From Phyllobates terribilis (taxonomy: Eukaryota): a stretch of 64,000 nt of DNA. Location of the stretch: positions 507,656,001-507,720,000 of the forward strand of contig NW_027362771.1 in the NCBI RefSeq assembly GCF_046119375.1, given 5' to 3'. Both the position numbers and the translations under genes were made by a program. The notes beneath the pieces were generated by a model. It was not told the origin of the DNA, searched no databases, and saw only the letters and a program-made list of their open reading frames with translations. Below are positions 63,828 through 64,000 of the stretch, in pieces; the stretch's first letter is position 1; each line of letters starts with the position of its first letter.

Positions 63828-64000
63828 GATCGCCTTGGCCGCTGCACAATGCACTGCAATGACAAAGCAAAGGATTCCCTGGATTCTGGAAGTAAGGAAT
63901 CACATGCAAGAACTCAGCTGGAGAGTTGTGTGATGAAGTGCGCGGAGGACCACATGAACCTCATCCCCAGTATGACCAAGAAGCTGAAGGATTCTCTGGC
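63828..64000 (+). CDS. FAM136A: FAM136A exon 3 (stop beyond the window end)
   Basis: cccctAG|[57 protein letters not shown]... Confidence 0.97.

Overview
Vertebrate genomic DNA, very probably an anuran frog (inferred from the transposon repertoire and gene sequences, not proven). It contains one 210-nt assembly gap. Three spliced host genes were reconstructed exon by exon from GT-AG sites. PCYOX1 (+) has 6 coding exons at 17288-38652 and encodes 500 aa ending KSEL. SNRPG (-) has 4 coding exons at 54083-56422 and encodes 76 aa. FAM136A (+) has 3 coding exons from 56850 and runs off the window end. SNRPG and FAM136A share a ~430-bp divergent CpG-rich promoter. Much of the remaining sequence is transposon-derived. 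There are Tc1-type elements with DD34E, DD35E and DD38E spacings. There is a young full-length chromodomain Ty3/Gypsy element (40971-47480, ATAGC TSD) with a Tf1/sushi-type self-priming site and a -1 frameshift pseudoknot, plus two related solo LTRs. There is a Penelope-like element whose 5' end carries two inverted hammerhead-like motifs with a non-canonical core. Also present are a decayed L1 hosting nested insertions, a DIRS fragment and many MITEs. The first 9 kb has unexplained exon-like pieces: an orphan N-myristoyltransferase exon and a four-copy acidic exon-like module. No prokaryotic-type system (CRISPR, operon) is present.
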